From Acidimicrobiia bacterium (GTDB lineage Bacteria > Actinomycetota > Acidimicrobiia > Spongiisociales > UBA5794), in contig DATHUV010000088.1 of assembly GCA_035461905.1 (NCBI GenBank), positions 10,522 to 74,521 of the forward strand: a DNA stretch of 64,000 nt, written 5' to 3'. Shown here one piece after another: positions 19,266-27,251 of the stretch (positions are counted from its first letter, which is position 1; every line of letters begins with the position of its first letter). The notes beneath the pieces are model-generated. The model saw only the letters and a list, made by a program, of their open reading frames with translations. It made no database searches and had not been told where the DNA came from. Position numbers and translations under genes: made by a program.

Positions 19266-20672
19266 ATGACCGAGCACATGACACCGGAGGAGTTCCGGGT
19301 GTACGGGCACCAGCTCATCGATTGGCTCGCCGAGTACCGCGAACGAATCGAGGACCTCCCGATCCTTGCCTCCGTCGAACCCGGCGACATCTCCTCGATG
19401 CTTCCCGAACGCGCACCGGAGCAGGCGGAGCCGTTCGAAGCCTTGATCGGCGATCTCGACCGCGTCGTGGTGCCCGGTGTGACACATTGGCAATCCCCGA
19501 ACTGGTTCGCATACTTCCCTGCGAACACTTCTCCTCCATCGGTCCTCGCCGAGCTCGTGTCTGCCGGGCTCGGGTTGCAGGGGATGCTGTGGTCCACGTC
19601 CCCGGTGATGACCGAGCTCGAGAGCAGGGTCCTCGACTGGCTCGTGGAGCTCATGGGTCTGCCGTCGTCGTGGAAGTCGACCGGCACGGGCGGGGGCGTC
19701 ATCCAAATGAGCGCTTCGGATGCCACGCACACTGCGATCGTCGTCGCTCGCCACCGTCGAATGACCGAAGGCCACGCGGAGGACATGGTGGTCTACGCAT
19801 CGTCAGAGGCGCATTCATCGATCGAGAAGGGCTGCACCGTCGCCGGTGTCGGACATTGCAGGAAGGTCGCGGTCGATGCGAGATTCGCCATGGACGCCGA
19901 TGCCCTTCGCGAGATGGTCGAAGCGGACCAAGAAGCGGGACTCATCCCGATTGCGGTGGTGTCGGCTATCGGGACGACGGCCACGACGGCCGTGGATCCG
20001 CTCGTGGCCATCAGCGACGTCGCTTCCGAGCACGGGATGTGGCACCACGTCGACGCGGCATACGCGGGTACGGCGATGCTGTGCGGCGAGTTCCGGGTGC
20101 ACCAGCCGGACCTCGATCGTGTCGACAGCTACACGTTCAACCCCCACAAGTGGATGATGGTGAACTTCGACTGCAACGTCCTGTGGGTTGCCGACCGCAG
20201 GCCGCTCATCGAAACGCTCAGCGTGCTCCCGCCATACCTGCGGAACGCGGCGACTGAGGCGGGTGCGGTGATCGACTACCGCGATTGGCATGTGCCGCTC
20301 GGAAGGCGGTTCCGCGCCCTCAAGCTGTGGTGGGTGATCCGTTCGTACGGTGCCGAAGGCCTCCGGTCATTGGTCCGCACCCATGTCGGCCTCGCTGACG
20401 ATCTGGCGGAGCGCATCGAGGGCGATGCCCGATTCGCGCTGTTCGCTCCGCATCCGTTCGGCCTCGTGTGTTTCACGCTCGTCGACGGGAATGACGCCAC
20501 CCGCAGGCTCGCATCCGCGTTGAACGCGACGGGGAGGGTCGCCATCACGGCGTCCGAGATCGACGGAACGGCGTTCATCCGGGTGGTGATCGGCCAAACG
20601 TTCACAGAGCAGCGCCATGTGGACGCACTGTGGGCGATGATCGACGAACTAGCCGATAGTCGACTGTCATGA
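19266..20672 (+). CDS. PLP-dependent group II decarboxylase (aromatic-L-amino-acid decarboxylase-like)
   Basis: ORF 19179..20672. Starts at MTEHMTPEEFRVYGHQLIDWL (ATG 19266). HWQSPNWFAYFP is present, and the PLP lysine lies in SYTFNPHKWMMVNFDC. Confidence 0.85.
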   Translation: MTEHMTPEEFRVYGHQLIDWLAEYRERIEDLPILASVEPGDISSMLPERAPEQAEPFEALIGDLDRVVVPGVTHWQSPNWFAYFPANTSPPSVLAELVSAGLGLQGMLWSTSPVMTELESRVLDWLVELMGLPSSWKSTGTGGGVIQMSASDATHTAIVVARHRRMTEGHAEDMVVYASSEAHSSIEKGCTVAGVGHCRKVAVDARFAMDADALREMVEADQEAGLIPIAVVSAIGTTATTAVDPLVAISDVASEHGMWHHVDAAYAGTAMLCGEFRVHQPDLDRVDSYTFNPHKWMMVNFDCNVLWVADRRPLIETLSVLPPYLRNAATEAGAVIDYRDWHVPLGRRFRALKLWWVIRSYGAEGLRSLVRTHVGLADDLAERIEGDARFALFAPHPFGLVCFTLVDGNDATRRLASALNATGRVAITASEIDGTAFIRVVIGQTFTEQRHVDALWAMIDELADSRLS

Positions 20673-20757
20673 ATCCCCGTGACGAGCCGGATACCCGTGC
20701 TCTACGCTCCACAACGGGTGATCCTCACCACGTGCCTATCCCGATGATTGGAGTGAA

Positions 20758-21162
20758 GTGACTGAGATACGGGGAGTCAGCCATCTCTCGTTGTCCGTGC
20801 GGGATCTGGGCACCAGCCTCGCCTTCTACCGAGATGTCCTCGGCCTGCCGGTCCTCATGGAACCCTTCGACGCGATGGCGTTCAGTGGGCGCGAAGCCCT
20901 GATGCTCGCCGGCAGGGTGGCGATCGCGCTGCAGGAACACGCCGAAAGCGACCGCTCGACGTTCGACCCGACTCGCACAGGGCTCGATCACCTCGCGTTC
21001 CATGTGTCTGAGCGACACCACCTCGATGAGTGGATGGCGCGTCTCGATGCCGCAGGCATCGACCACTCAGACGTTCGTGCGGTTGCGTTCGGGTCGATCG
21101 TCGAGTTTCGCGACCCCGACGGGATCCAACTCGAGGTGTTCGCTCCCGACCGTCCCTCGTAG
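20758..21162 (+). CDS. VOC family protein (glyoxalase/dioxygenase fold)
   Basis: 134 aa. VSHLSLSVRDLGTSLAFYRDVLGL..., LDHLAFHV, EFRDPDGIQLEV. GTG start with GGAG upstream. Confidence 0.75.
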   Translation: MTEIRGVSHLSLSVRDLGTSLAFYRDVLGLPVLMEPFDAMAFSGREALMLAGRVAIALQEHAESDRSTFDPTRTGLDHLAFHVSERHHLDEWMARLDAAGIDHSDVRAVAFGSIVEFRDPDGIQLEVFAPDRPS

Positions 21163-21167
21163 TCGGT

Positions 21168-23105
21168 TCAGACGAACCGATCGAGCCAACCGAGGAACTC
21201 ACCCCACCAGTGGAGCGCGTTGTCTCGTCGCTCGATCCAATGGCCCTCGTCGCCGTAGTACACGAGCCTCGTCGGGACTCCCTTCGCCTTGAGGAGCCCG
21301 TAGAGGGTCAGTCCCTGGGTGATGACGACCCTGTAGTCCATCTCGCCATGGATCACCAGGGTTGGCGTCACAACGTCATGGGTATGCGCCATGGGTGACC
21401 ACCGATTCACGGCGTCCATGTCCTCCCACGGAGTGCCGCCCATGGCGATGTCTCGACCCTCCGTGTGGTCAGAGGCGTACTGGCCGAGGAGGTCGGTCAC
21501 ACCCGCGTGGCAGATGGCTGCCGCGTAGCGGTCAGTGAGGGTGGTGATCCACGTCACCAGATACCCACCGTACGATCCTCCGGCGATGGCCATGCGATCA
21601 GGGTCGATGGTCCCGAGCGAGAGCATGTGGTCGGTCGCCGCCTCGATGTCGATTGCGGGTCGGTCGCCCCAGCTCCCGCGGATGCTGCGGGTGAATGCGT
21701 CGCCGAACGATGACGAGCCATGGAAGTTGACCGAGATGACGACGTATCCCGCTGCGGCCATGACCTGGGGATTCCATCGCCAATGCCAGTTGTCCATGAC
21801 ACCGTTGTGCGGCCCTCCATGGACGTTGTGGAGAAGCGGCCACATGGTGGCTTCGTGGAAGTCAGGGGGCTCCACGACGAATGCCTGGATCTGGGCCCCG
21901 TCCGCCCCCTCGAACGTCACCTCCTTCGCAGGGCGAAGGGCAACCCCGGCGAGCGCGGCGTCGTTGAAGGTCGAGACGATCGTCGTCGTACCGCCGCAGG
22001 TGACGGCGACCTCCGCAGGGGCTGCCATCGACTCGTGACGATGCCAGTAGCAGTCGAGGCCCACCCTCGGGCCATGGTTGGAACCCGTCGAGGTCTGGGG
22101 TATCGGCGTACCACCGTCCATGGCGAGGGTGAAGATGCGGACGCGACCCTCGTCCTCTGCGTGGAAGACGAGGGCATCGTCATCGATGAACTCCCAACCG
22201 CCTGCCGAGCGGTCCCAAGCTGCCGTCAGGACTTCCTCTGCACCGGTGGGGAGGTGGTGGGACACGATCCGCACGAGGTCCGCGTAATACGCATGCTCGT
22301 ACTGGACGCCGTACACGAGCGTGGACCCGTCCGGCGACACCCTCGGACGGTACTGCTGCACCGACTCGCCGGTCGGGATGCGTTCGATGTCGCCGCCCGC
22401 TGTGGGCACCCGGTGGAGCGAGAAGCGCATGTGCTCCCACGGCTCCGGGTTGTCGTCGAGGGTGAAGATGGCCCACTGCCCGTCGGGGGTGACCGTGAAG
22501 GACTCACCGACGTCTTCGAGCCCGATCAGTCGGTCGAGACCAGGCGTGAGGTGATGGGCGGACTCGTCATCGAGATCGATGCGAAACAGATGGTCGATGC
22601 GCCCATCGACGAGCCACTTCTTCCAATGCCGGAACACGCGGTCCTCGGTGGCGATCGGACGTGTGGTGTCCTTGCGTGCCTCCTGCTCATCAACGGTGGC
22701 TTCGACGCTCGGGTAGCCGCGGAGAAGGGGAGCGGACACGATGAGCGCGTCGCCGCCCGGCATCCACGTCACGGAACTCGCTCCGAGGGGTAGGTCGCTC
22801 ACCTTGAAGGCCTCCCCACCCGCAAGGCTCATCACGTACACCTGTGCAGGCTCATCATCGATCGATCCGAGGAACGCGATGCGGGTCCCGTCCGGCGACG
22901 GGGCAGGTGACGTCGACGAACGATCGTCCGATGTCAGCCGTACGGACGTGCCCGTCCTATCGATCGAATAGATCGTCGAGTGGGCCTTCCCCTCTTCGCG
23001 GTAGGAAACCACTGGCACGACGACCTTCGTCGTCCCCGGAACGTGCTCGGGTTGTCCCACCCGCTGCAACGACCACAGATCCTCGGCGGTGATAGGTCTG
23101 CCCAT
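21168..23105 (-). CDS. S9 family serine peptidase (prolyl oligopeptidase / acylaminoacyl-peptidase-like)
   Basis: 645 aa. N-terminal beta-propeller region and C-terminal alpha/beta hydrolase domain with nucleophile motif GGSYGGYL. Confidence 0.85.
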   Translation of the reverse strand: MGRPITAEDLWSLQRVGQPEHVPGTTKVVVPVVSYREEGKAHSTIYSIDRTGTSVRLTSDDRSSTSPAPSPDGTRIAFLGSIDDEPAQVYVMSLAGGEAFKVSDLPLGASSVTWMPGGDALIVSAPLLRGYPSVEATVDEQEARKDTTRPIATEDRVFRHWKKWLVDGRIDHLFRIDLDDESAHHLTPGLDRLIGLEDVGESFTVTPDGQWAIFTLDDNPEPWEHMRFSLHRVPTAGGDIERIPTGESVQQYRPRVSPDGSTLVYGVQYEHAYYADLVRIVSHHLPTGAEEVLTAAWDRSAGGWEFIDDDALVFHAEDEGRVRIFTLAMDGGTPIPQTSTGSNHGPRVGLDCYWHRHESMAAPAEVAVTCGGTTTIVSTFNDAALAGVALRPAKEVTFEGADGAQIQAFVVEPPDFHEATMWPLLHNVHGGPHNGVMDNWHWRWNPQVMAAAGYVVISVNFHGSSSFGDAFTRSIRGSWGDRPAIDIEAATDHMLSLGTIDPDRMAIAGGSYGGYLVTWITTLTDRYAAAICHAGVTDLLGQYASDHTEGRDIAMGGTPWEDMDAVNRWSPMAHTHDVVTPTLVIHGEMDYRVVITQGLTLYGLLKAKGVPTRLVYYGDEGHWIERRDNALHWWGEFLGWLDRFV

Positions 23106-23312
23106 TGACTCTCCTTGCTCGATCGTCCAAGGATTGCAGACCGTGGCGCCGTGCGCTCCCCGAGCCGATCAGCGTCGCGCCGGCGATCCGGCTGGTACCG
23201 TTTCCGCAAAGGCGTGGTGGCATTCGTCCTGCGGACCCGCGGTCGAGCCCGATGCGCCGGAACCGGTGGGTACATGCCGAGATCCCAACCCTCGGTGTCT
23301 CCGTGGCACGTG

Positions 23313-24788
23313 ATGCCCCGATGTCTCGGTGGCGTGCTCTGCCTCGTCGTTGCGCTCACCTCGTGCACCACAGCGTCCGATGCGAGGAATCCCGAGGTGT
23401 GGGGTGATGAGTCGGTCGCCTACTTCGACCGGTTGTCGGAGGCGTACCTCGCGAACGACTCGTATGGCGTGCTCGACTTCTACACGCCGGACGCCGCGAT
23501 CGAGATGTGGCGCGGTGACAACCGCGGAGGCTGGCCGATCCCCGAGCTACTGACATGGAACTCATCGGATCTCGGCCTGACCGTGGAGTCGGTGCATCTG
23601 AGCGGCTCCGGAGCGCTGAACCTCGTTCTGTGGCCGACCAATGGCCGTCGTGGGGCGGTGGAGAGCGTGATCGAGGACGGTCGGATCACGAGGGAGGTCG
23701 CATACGAAACCGGTGGATCCCTCGGCAGGAGCCTCCGCGCGCAGTTCACGACGGTGTCGACCTATGAGGGGTTCCAAACGACGTATGCCTCGGCGTGGTC
23801 GGTTGACGAGCGGACGGCTGTCGAGGCCCTGTATGCGCCCGGGGCGGTCGTTCACGACTCCCTGGTAGGGATCACGAACGCAGATGTCGAAACCCTCATC
23901 GACTCGGGCGGAGGGATCGTCTGGGACCCGGCAACGGTATCGCAGGTCGACGACGGCGGTGCCGGGTTCGAGGATCGTGCGTTGTTCCTTGGGCCGGCTG
24001 AGTACGGCGTTGACCCGGGGCGCGCTGTCGGCGTGTTCAAGGTCACCGATTCCACTGGGTGTGAGCAGCAGGTGGCCATTCGGTGGACGCTCGAGGGCGG
24101 TGCCATCGTCGAGGAGGTCCGGTACCGAGAGATCGAGTCGTTCCGAACCTGCAGTCAGGCTTCTCTCCCCGAGGGATGGTGGACGGGTCTGTCGCTTCCT
24201 CCTCCATCCGATCAGGTCGTCACGGGCACGTTGACGACGCCATCGGGTCGCGAGATCGATGTGCACAACGGAACGACGGCGCTCGAGGACCTCCTCGTGT
24301 GGGGCCTCGGCCGCTATCAGAGTGCTGGCCTTGCCGAACCCAGGATGGACGCTGTGACCTTCCAACCGAGCCGGCGATGCGAGGGACGGTCGGGCCGCGT
24401 CCTCGACGACGGGAACCGACGCGAGCTGTTCGTGTGCATGTACGAGAGCGACATATGCACGCGCATCGAGCGTCCGTGCGACACTCCGGCGACGGCGGTA
24501 CGCGTGGCCTTCCTCCACGAGCTCGGGCACGCGTGGATGATCGACAACCTCACCGAAGAGATGGAGGAGGAGCTGCTCGAGATCTCGGGTCGCGACGTGT
24601 GGGACGACCACGATGTCCCATGGGTCGACCGTGGTGTCGAGTACGCAGCCGACGTCCTTGCGTGGGGACTGCTCGAGGAGCCGCTTGCCATGGTCCGCAT
24701 CGGCTCACCACCGTGCACCGAACTGGCGGCCGCCTACGAGGTCCTCACCGGGGATCCTCCACCAAGGGGACCCGCCTCATGCCCTTGA
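23313..24788 (+). CDS. putative lipoprotein with two NTF2/SnoaL-like segments and a C-terminal HExxH (zincin-like) motif
   Basis: ORF 23115..24788. Signal/lipobox MPRCLGGVLCLVVALTSC (ATG 23313; alternative ATG 23274). FLHELGHAWMIDNL near the C-terminus. Domain calls are by eye only. Confidence 0.55.
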   Translation: MPRCLGGVLCLVVALTSCTTASDARNPEVWGDESVAYFDRLSEAYLANDSYGVLDFYTPDAAIEMWRGDNRGGWPIPELLTWNSSDLGLTVESVHLSGSGALNLVLWPTNGRRGAVESVIEDGRITREVAYETGGSLGRSLRAQFTTVSTYEGFQTTYASAWSVDERTAVEALYAPGAVVHDSLVGITNADVETLIDSGGGIVWDPATVSQVDDGGAGFEDRALFLGPAEYGVDPGRAVGVFKVTDSTGCEQQVAIRWTLEGGAIVEEVRYREIESFRTCSQASLPEGWWTGLSLPPPSDQVVTGTLTTPSGREIDVHNGTTALEDLLVWGLGRYQSAGLAEPRMDAVTFQPSRRCEGRSGRVLDDGNRRELFVCMYESDICTRIERPCDTPATAVRVAFLHELGHAWMIDNLTEEMEEELLEISGRDVWDDHDVPWVDRGVEYAADVLAWGLLEEPLAMVRIGSPPCTELAAAYEVLTGDPPPRGPASCP

Positions 24789-26356
24789 GCACGCTCTTCC
24801 GCTCGAAGGAGGCCGAGGACGAGGCCCTCCGCAACGGCCGTCCAGGAGGCATCGATGATGTTCTGGTGGACCCCGACGCAGCCCCACTCCGACTCGACGT
24901 CCGAGTGTGAGGTGAGGACCCTGACCCGTGCGCTCGTTCCGTCGGATCCGTCGAGGTCCCTGACGCGATAGTCGGTCAGCTTGATGGCATCGACGACGGG
25001 GTATCGGTCCCGAAGCGCCGCCCGGAGGGCACGGTCGAGTGCCGAGACAGGACCGTCCCCCTCACGAGTCGAAACGACCCGCTCGTCGCCGACACGGACC
25101 TTGACGGTGGCTTCTGCGGTCACCTCACCGTGACGGTGCTCGACGAACACCCGGTACGACTCGAGGTCGAAGAAGTCCTGCTCCCAGCCCATGACACGGC
25201 GTGTGATCAACTCGAAGGAGCCGTCCGCAGCTTCGAAGAGATACCCCTCGTGCTCTCTCACCTTGACCTCGTCGACCACGGCTTGAGCCTGCTCCGGGGT
25301 GAGATCCAGACCAGACGCCCTGGCCTTGGCAAGGACGGTCGACCTGCCAGCGAGCTCCGAAACGACCATGCGTGTCGAGTTGCCCACCGTTGCGGGATCC
25401 AGGTGCTCATACGCGTCGGGTCGGCGTGCAAGAGCGCTCGTGTGAAGGCCCGCCTTGTGTGTGAAGGCAGACGAACCGACGTACGGAAGGTGAGGATCGA
25501 GGCCCAGGTTGATCACGTCCGCGACGTGGTGGGACACCGTCGTGAGCCGTGAAATGCGTTCCGCGGGGATCGTCTCGATGCCCATCTTCACGGAGAGGTT
25601 CGGGATCACCGAGCACAGGTCTGCGTTCCCCGTGCGCTCCCCGTACCCGTTCACGCATCCCTGGACCTGATGGACTCCGGCACGAACGGCGACGAGGGAG
25701 TTCCCGACTGCGAGCCCTGAGTCGTTGTGGAAGTGGCATCCGTACGTCGCTTCGGGAATGGACTCCGTGACCTCACCGATGATGCGTTCGACCTCGTGGC
25801 CGAGGAAGCCGCCATTCGTGTCACACATGACGAGCCTCGTCGCCCCGGCATCGTGCGCCGCCCTCAGTGCGGCCACGGCGAAGTCGGGGTTCGATCGATA
25901 GCCGTCGAAGAAATGCTCGGCGTCGAAGAAGACCTCCCGATCGTGGTCGCGGAAGAAGGAGATGGTGTCGGCGATCATCTCGATCGCCTCGCGGTGGTCC
26001 GTTCGCAGAGCGTGCTCGACGTGGTAGTCCCAGGTCTTTCCGACGATGCACACGGTGGACGTACCGGCCTCGAGGAGCGCAACGACCTGGTCGTCATCGT
26101 CTGGCCTGACCCCGCTTCGCCTCGTCGATCCGAAGGCGACGAGCTCGGCCGTGGCGAGCGTGAGCTCTGAACGGGCCCGCTTGAAGAATTCGTCGTCCTT
26201 GGGGTTGGCGCCGGGCCAACCGCCCTCGATGTACGCGACGCCGAGATCGTCGAGCAGACCGCAGATGGTGAGCTTGTCCCCGACGGTCAGGGAAATGCCC
26301 TCCTGCTGCGTTCCGTCACGCAGCGTGGTGTCGTAGATCTCGACACGGCTTGTCAT
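24734..26356 (-). CDS. cimA: citramalate synthase (LeuA/CimA family, LeuA_allo type)
   Basis: ORF 24734..26410. Starts MTSRVEIYDTTLRDGTQQEGISLTVGDKL (ATG 26356). HFHNDSGLAVGNSL and a C-terminal LeuA-dimer-like regulatory domain. The call is supported by the Ile-rich leader upstream. Confidence 0.85.
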   Translation of the reverse strand: MTSRVEIYDTTLRDGTQQEGISLTVGDKLTICGLLDDLGVAYIEGGWPGANPKDDEFFKRARSELTLATAELVAFGSTRRSGVRPDDDDQVVALLEAGTSTVCIVGKTWDYHVEHALRTDHREAIEMIADTISFFRDHDREVFFDAEHFFDGYRSNPDFAVAALRAAHDAGATRLVMCDTNGGFLGHEVERIIGEVTESIPEATYGCHFHNDSGLAVGNSLVAVRAGVHQVQGCVNGYGERTGNADLCSVIPNLSVKMGIETIPAERISRLTTVSHHVADVINLGLDPHLPYVGSSAFTHKAGLHTSALARRPDAYEHLDPATVGNSTRMVVSELAGRSTVLAKARASGLDLTPEQAQAVVDEVKVREHEGYLFEAADGSFELITRRVMGWEQDFFDLESYRVFVEHRHGEVTAEATVKVRVGDERVVSTREGDGPVSALDRALRAALRDRYPVVDAIKLTDYRVRDLDGSDGTSARVRVLTSHSDVESEWGCVGVHQNIIDASWTAVAEGLVLGLLRAEERAQGHEAGPLGGGSPVRTS

Positions 26357-26366
26357 GGAGCGCCCT

Positions 26367-26400
26367 TTCAAACAAAGAACCCTCCGGGAGCGGAGGGTTC
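26367..26400 (-). terminator. intrinsic-terminator-like hairpin plus U tract inside the cimA 5' leader (attenuator)
   Basis: The minus strand reads GAACCCUCCG-CUCC-CGGAGGGUUC followed by UUUGUUUG. It ends about 10 nt before the cimA ATG. Confidence 0.7.
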
Positions 26401-26404
26401 GCCA

Positions 26405-26431
26405 GCGCACACGTCTCTGAGACGTGTGCGC
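26405..26431 (-). promoter_or_regulatory. 12-bp perfect hairpin 1 nt after the leader-peptide stop codon (attenuator element)
   Basis: The minus strand reads GCGCACACGUCU-CAG-AGACGUGUGCGC, directly following UAG-G of the leader ORF. Confidence 0.65.
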
Positions 26432-26432
26432 C

Positions 26433-26471
26433 CTACGTAATGATGATGACGGTTGTCATGATGGTGTTCAT
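26433..26471 (-). CDS. 12-codon leader peptide MNTIMTTVIIIT (Ile/Thr/Val-rich) upstream of cimA
   Basis: The minus strand reads ATG AAC ACC ATC ATG ACA ACC GTC ATC ATC ATT ACG TAG, giving 4 Ile, 4 Thr and 1 Val in 12 codons. It is visible as the C-terminal tail of track ORF 26433..27533. Confidence 0.65.
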   Translation of the reverse strand: MNTIMTTVIIIT

Positions 26472-26481
26472 CGGTCCGGCG

Positions 26482-26510
26482 AGTATGCACCTGTCCGGTT
26501 GTCTCGTCAA
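26482..26510 (-). promoter_or_regulatory. sigma-70-type promoter for the cimA leader transcript
   Basis: The minus strand has TTGACG (26510-26505), a 17-nt spacer and CATACT (26487-26482). The -10 ends 10 nt before the leader ATG, so the mRNA would be leaderless or have a very short leader. Confidence 0.5.
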
Positions 26511-26552
26511 TTCGAGACACTCTCGGCGGGCGTGGGGCCCTACGATCGCACC

Positions 26553-27251
26553 ATGGCTGGTCAGGGATCCCAGGTAGGAACGCTGCGCGAGAAACCGCTG
26601 CATGCGGCGCTCAAGCGATGGTGCGCGCGGCCCGGAGACCGCCTCGAGGTGGCTGTCGAGGGGTTCGTGGTCGACGTCGTCCGTGACGACCTGCTGATCG
26701 TGGTACAGCCGAAGGTCTTCTCGTCGATGAAGCGCAAACTCGTGACGTTGGTGACGGCCGGCTACCGAATCCGGATCGTGCACCCGATCTCGCTCGACAC
26801 GACGATCATCAAGGTCGACGATGCAGGGCAGGTCCTGGGTGAACGCCGCTCCCCGCGCCACGGCCACCCGACCGACCTCTTCGCCGAGCTCGTCAGCTTC
26901 CCGTCCCTGATCGAACACCCCGGTCTCGAGATCGAGCTCGTCATGGTGCGTGACGAGCAGCTCAGGACCCATGACCCGTCGAAGGCATGGCGTCGGCGGG
27001 GATGGGTGATCGTGGAGCGTCGGCTGATCGAGGTCGTCGACTCGATGCTCATCGGTGGTGTCGAGGACTTGTGCGATCTCCTCCCCACAACGCTGCCTCC
27101 GACCTTCACGACCGCGGATCTGGCCGTGGCGATGGGACGCCCGCGGCGGATCGCCCAGCAGATGGCATACTGCCTCCGAGACGCCGGTGGCATCCGACAG
27201 GTGGGGAAAAGAGGCAACGCCGTGGAGTACGAGCGCCAATGGACGCGATGA
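26553..27251 (+). CDS. conserved hypothetical protein (nuclease-like N-terminal region, winged-helix-like C-terminus)
   Basis: ORF 26424..27251. Starts MAGQGSQVGTLREKPLHAALKRW (ATG 26553). LEVAVEGFVVDVVRDDLLIVVQPK core; C-terminal FTTADLAVAMGRPRRIAQQMAYCLRDAGGIRQVGKRGNAVEYE. The stop overlaps the trpS ATG (ATGA). Confidence 0.55.
   Translation: MAGQGSQVGTLREKPLHAALKRWCARPGDRLEVAVEGFVVDVVRDDLLIVVQPKVFSSMKRKLVTLVTAGYRIRIVHPISLDTTIIKVDDAGQVLGERRSPRHGHPTDLFAELVSFPSLIEHPGLEIELVMVRDEQLRTHDPSKAWRRRGWVIVERRLIEVVDSMLIGGVEDLCDLLPTTLPPTFTTADLAVAMGRPRRIAQQMAYCLRDAGGIRQVGKRGNAVEYERQWTR

Noticed and set aside
26432-27247. T-box or Trp-codon leader controlling trpS
   Set aside because: trpS is translationally coupled to the upstream ORF. 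No T-box specifier loop or conserved T-box sequence, and no Trp-rich small ORF, was seen on the + strand. The structured elements here belong to the minus-strand cimA leader.
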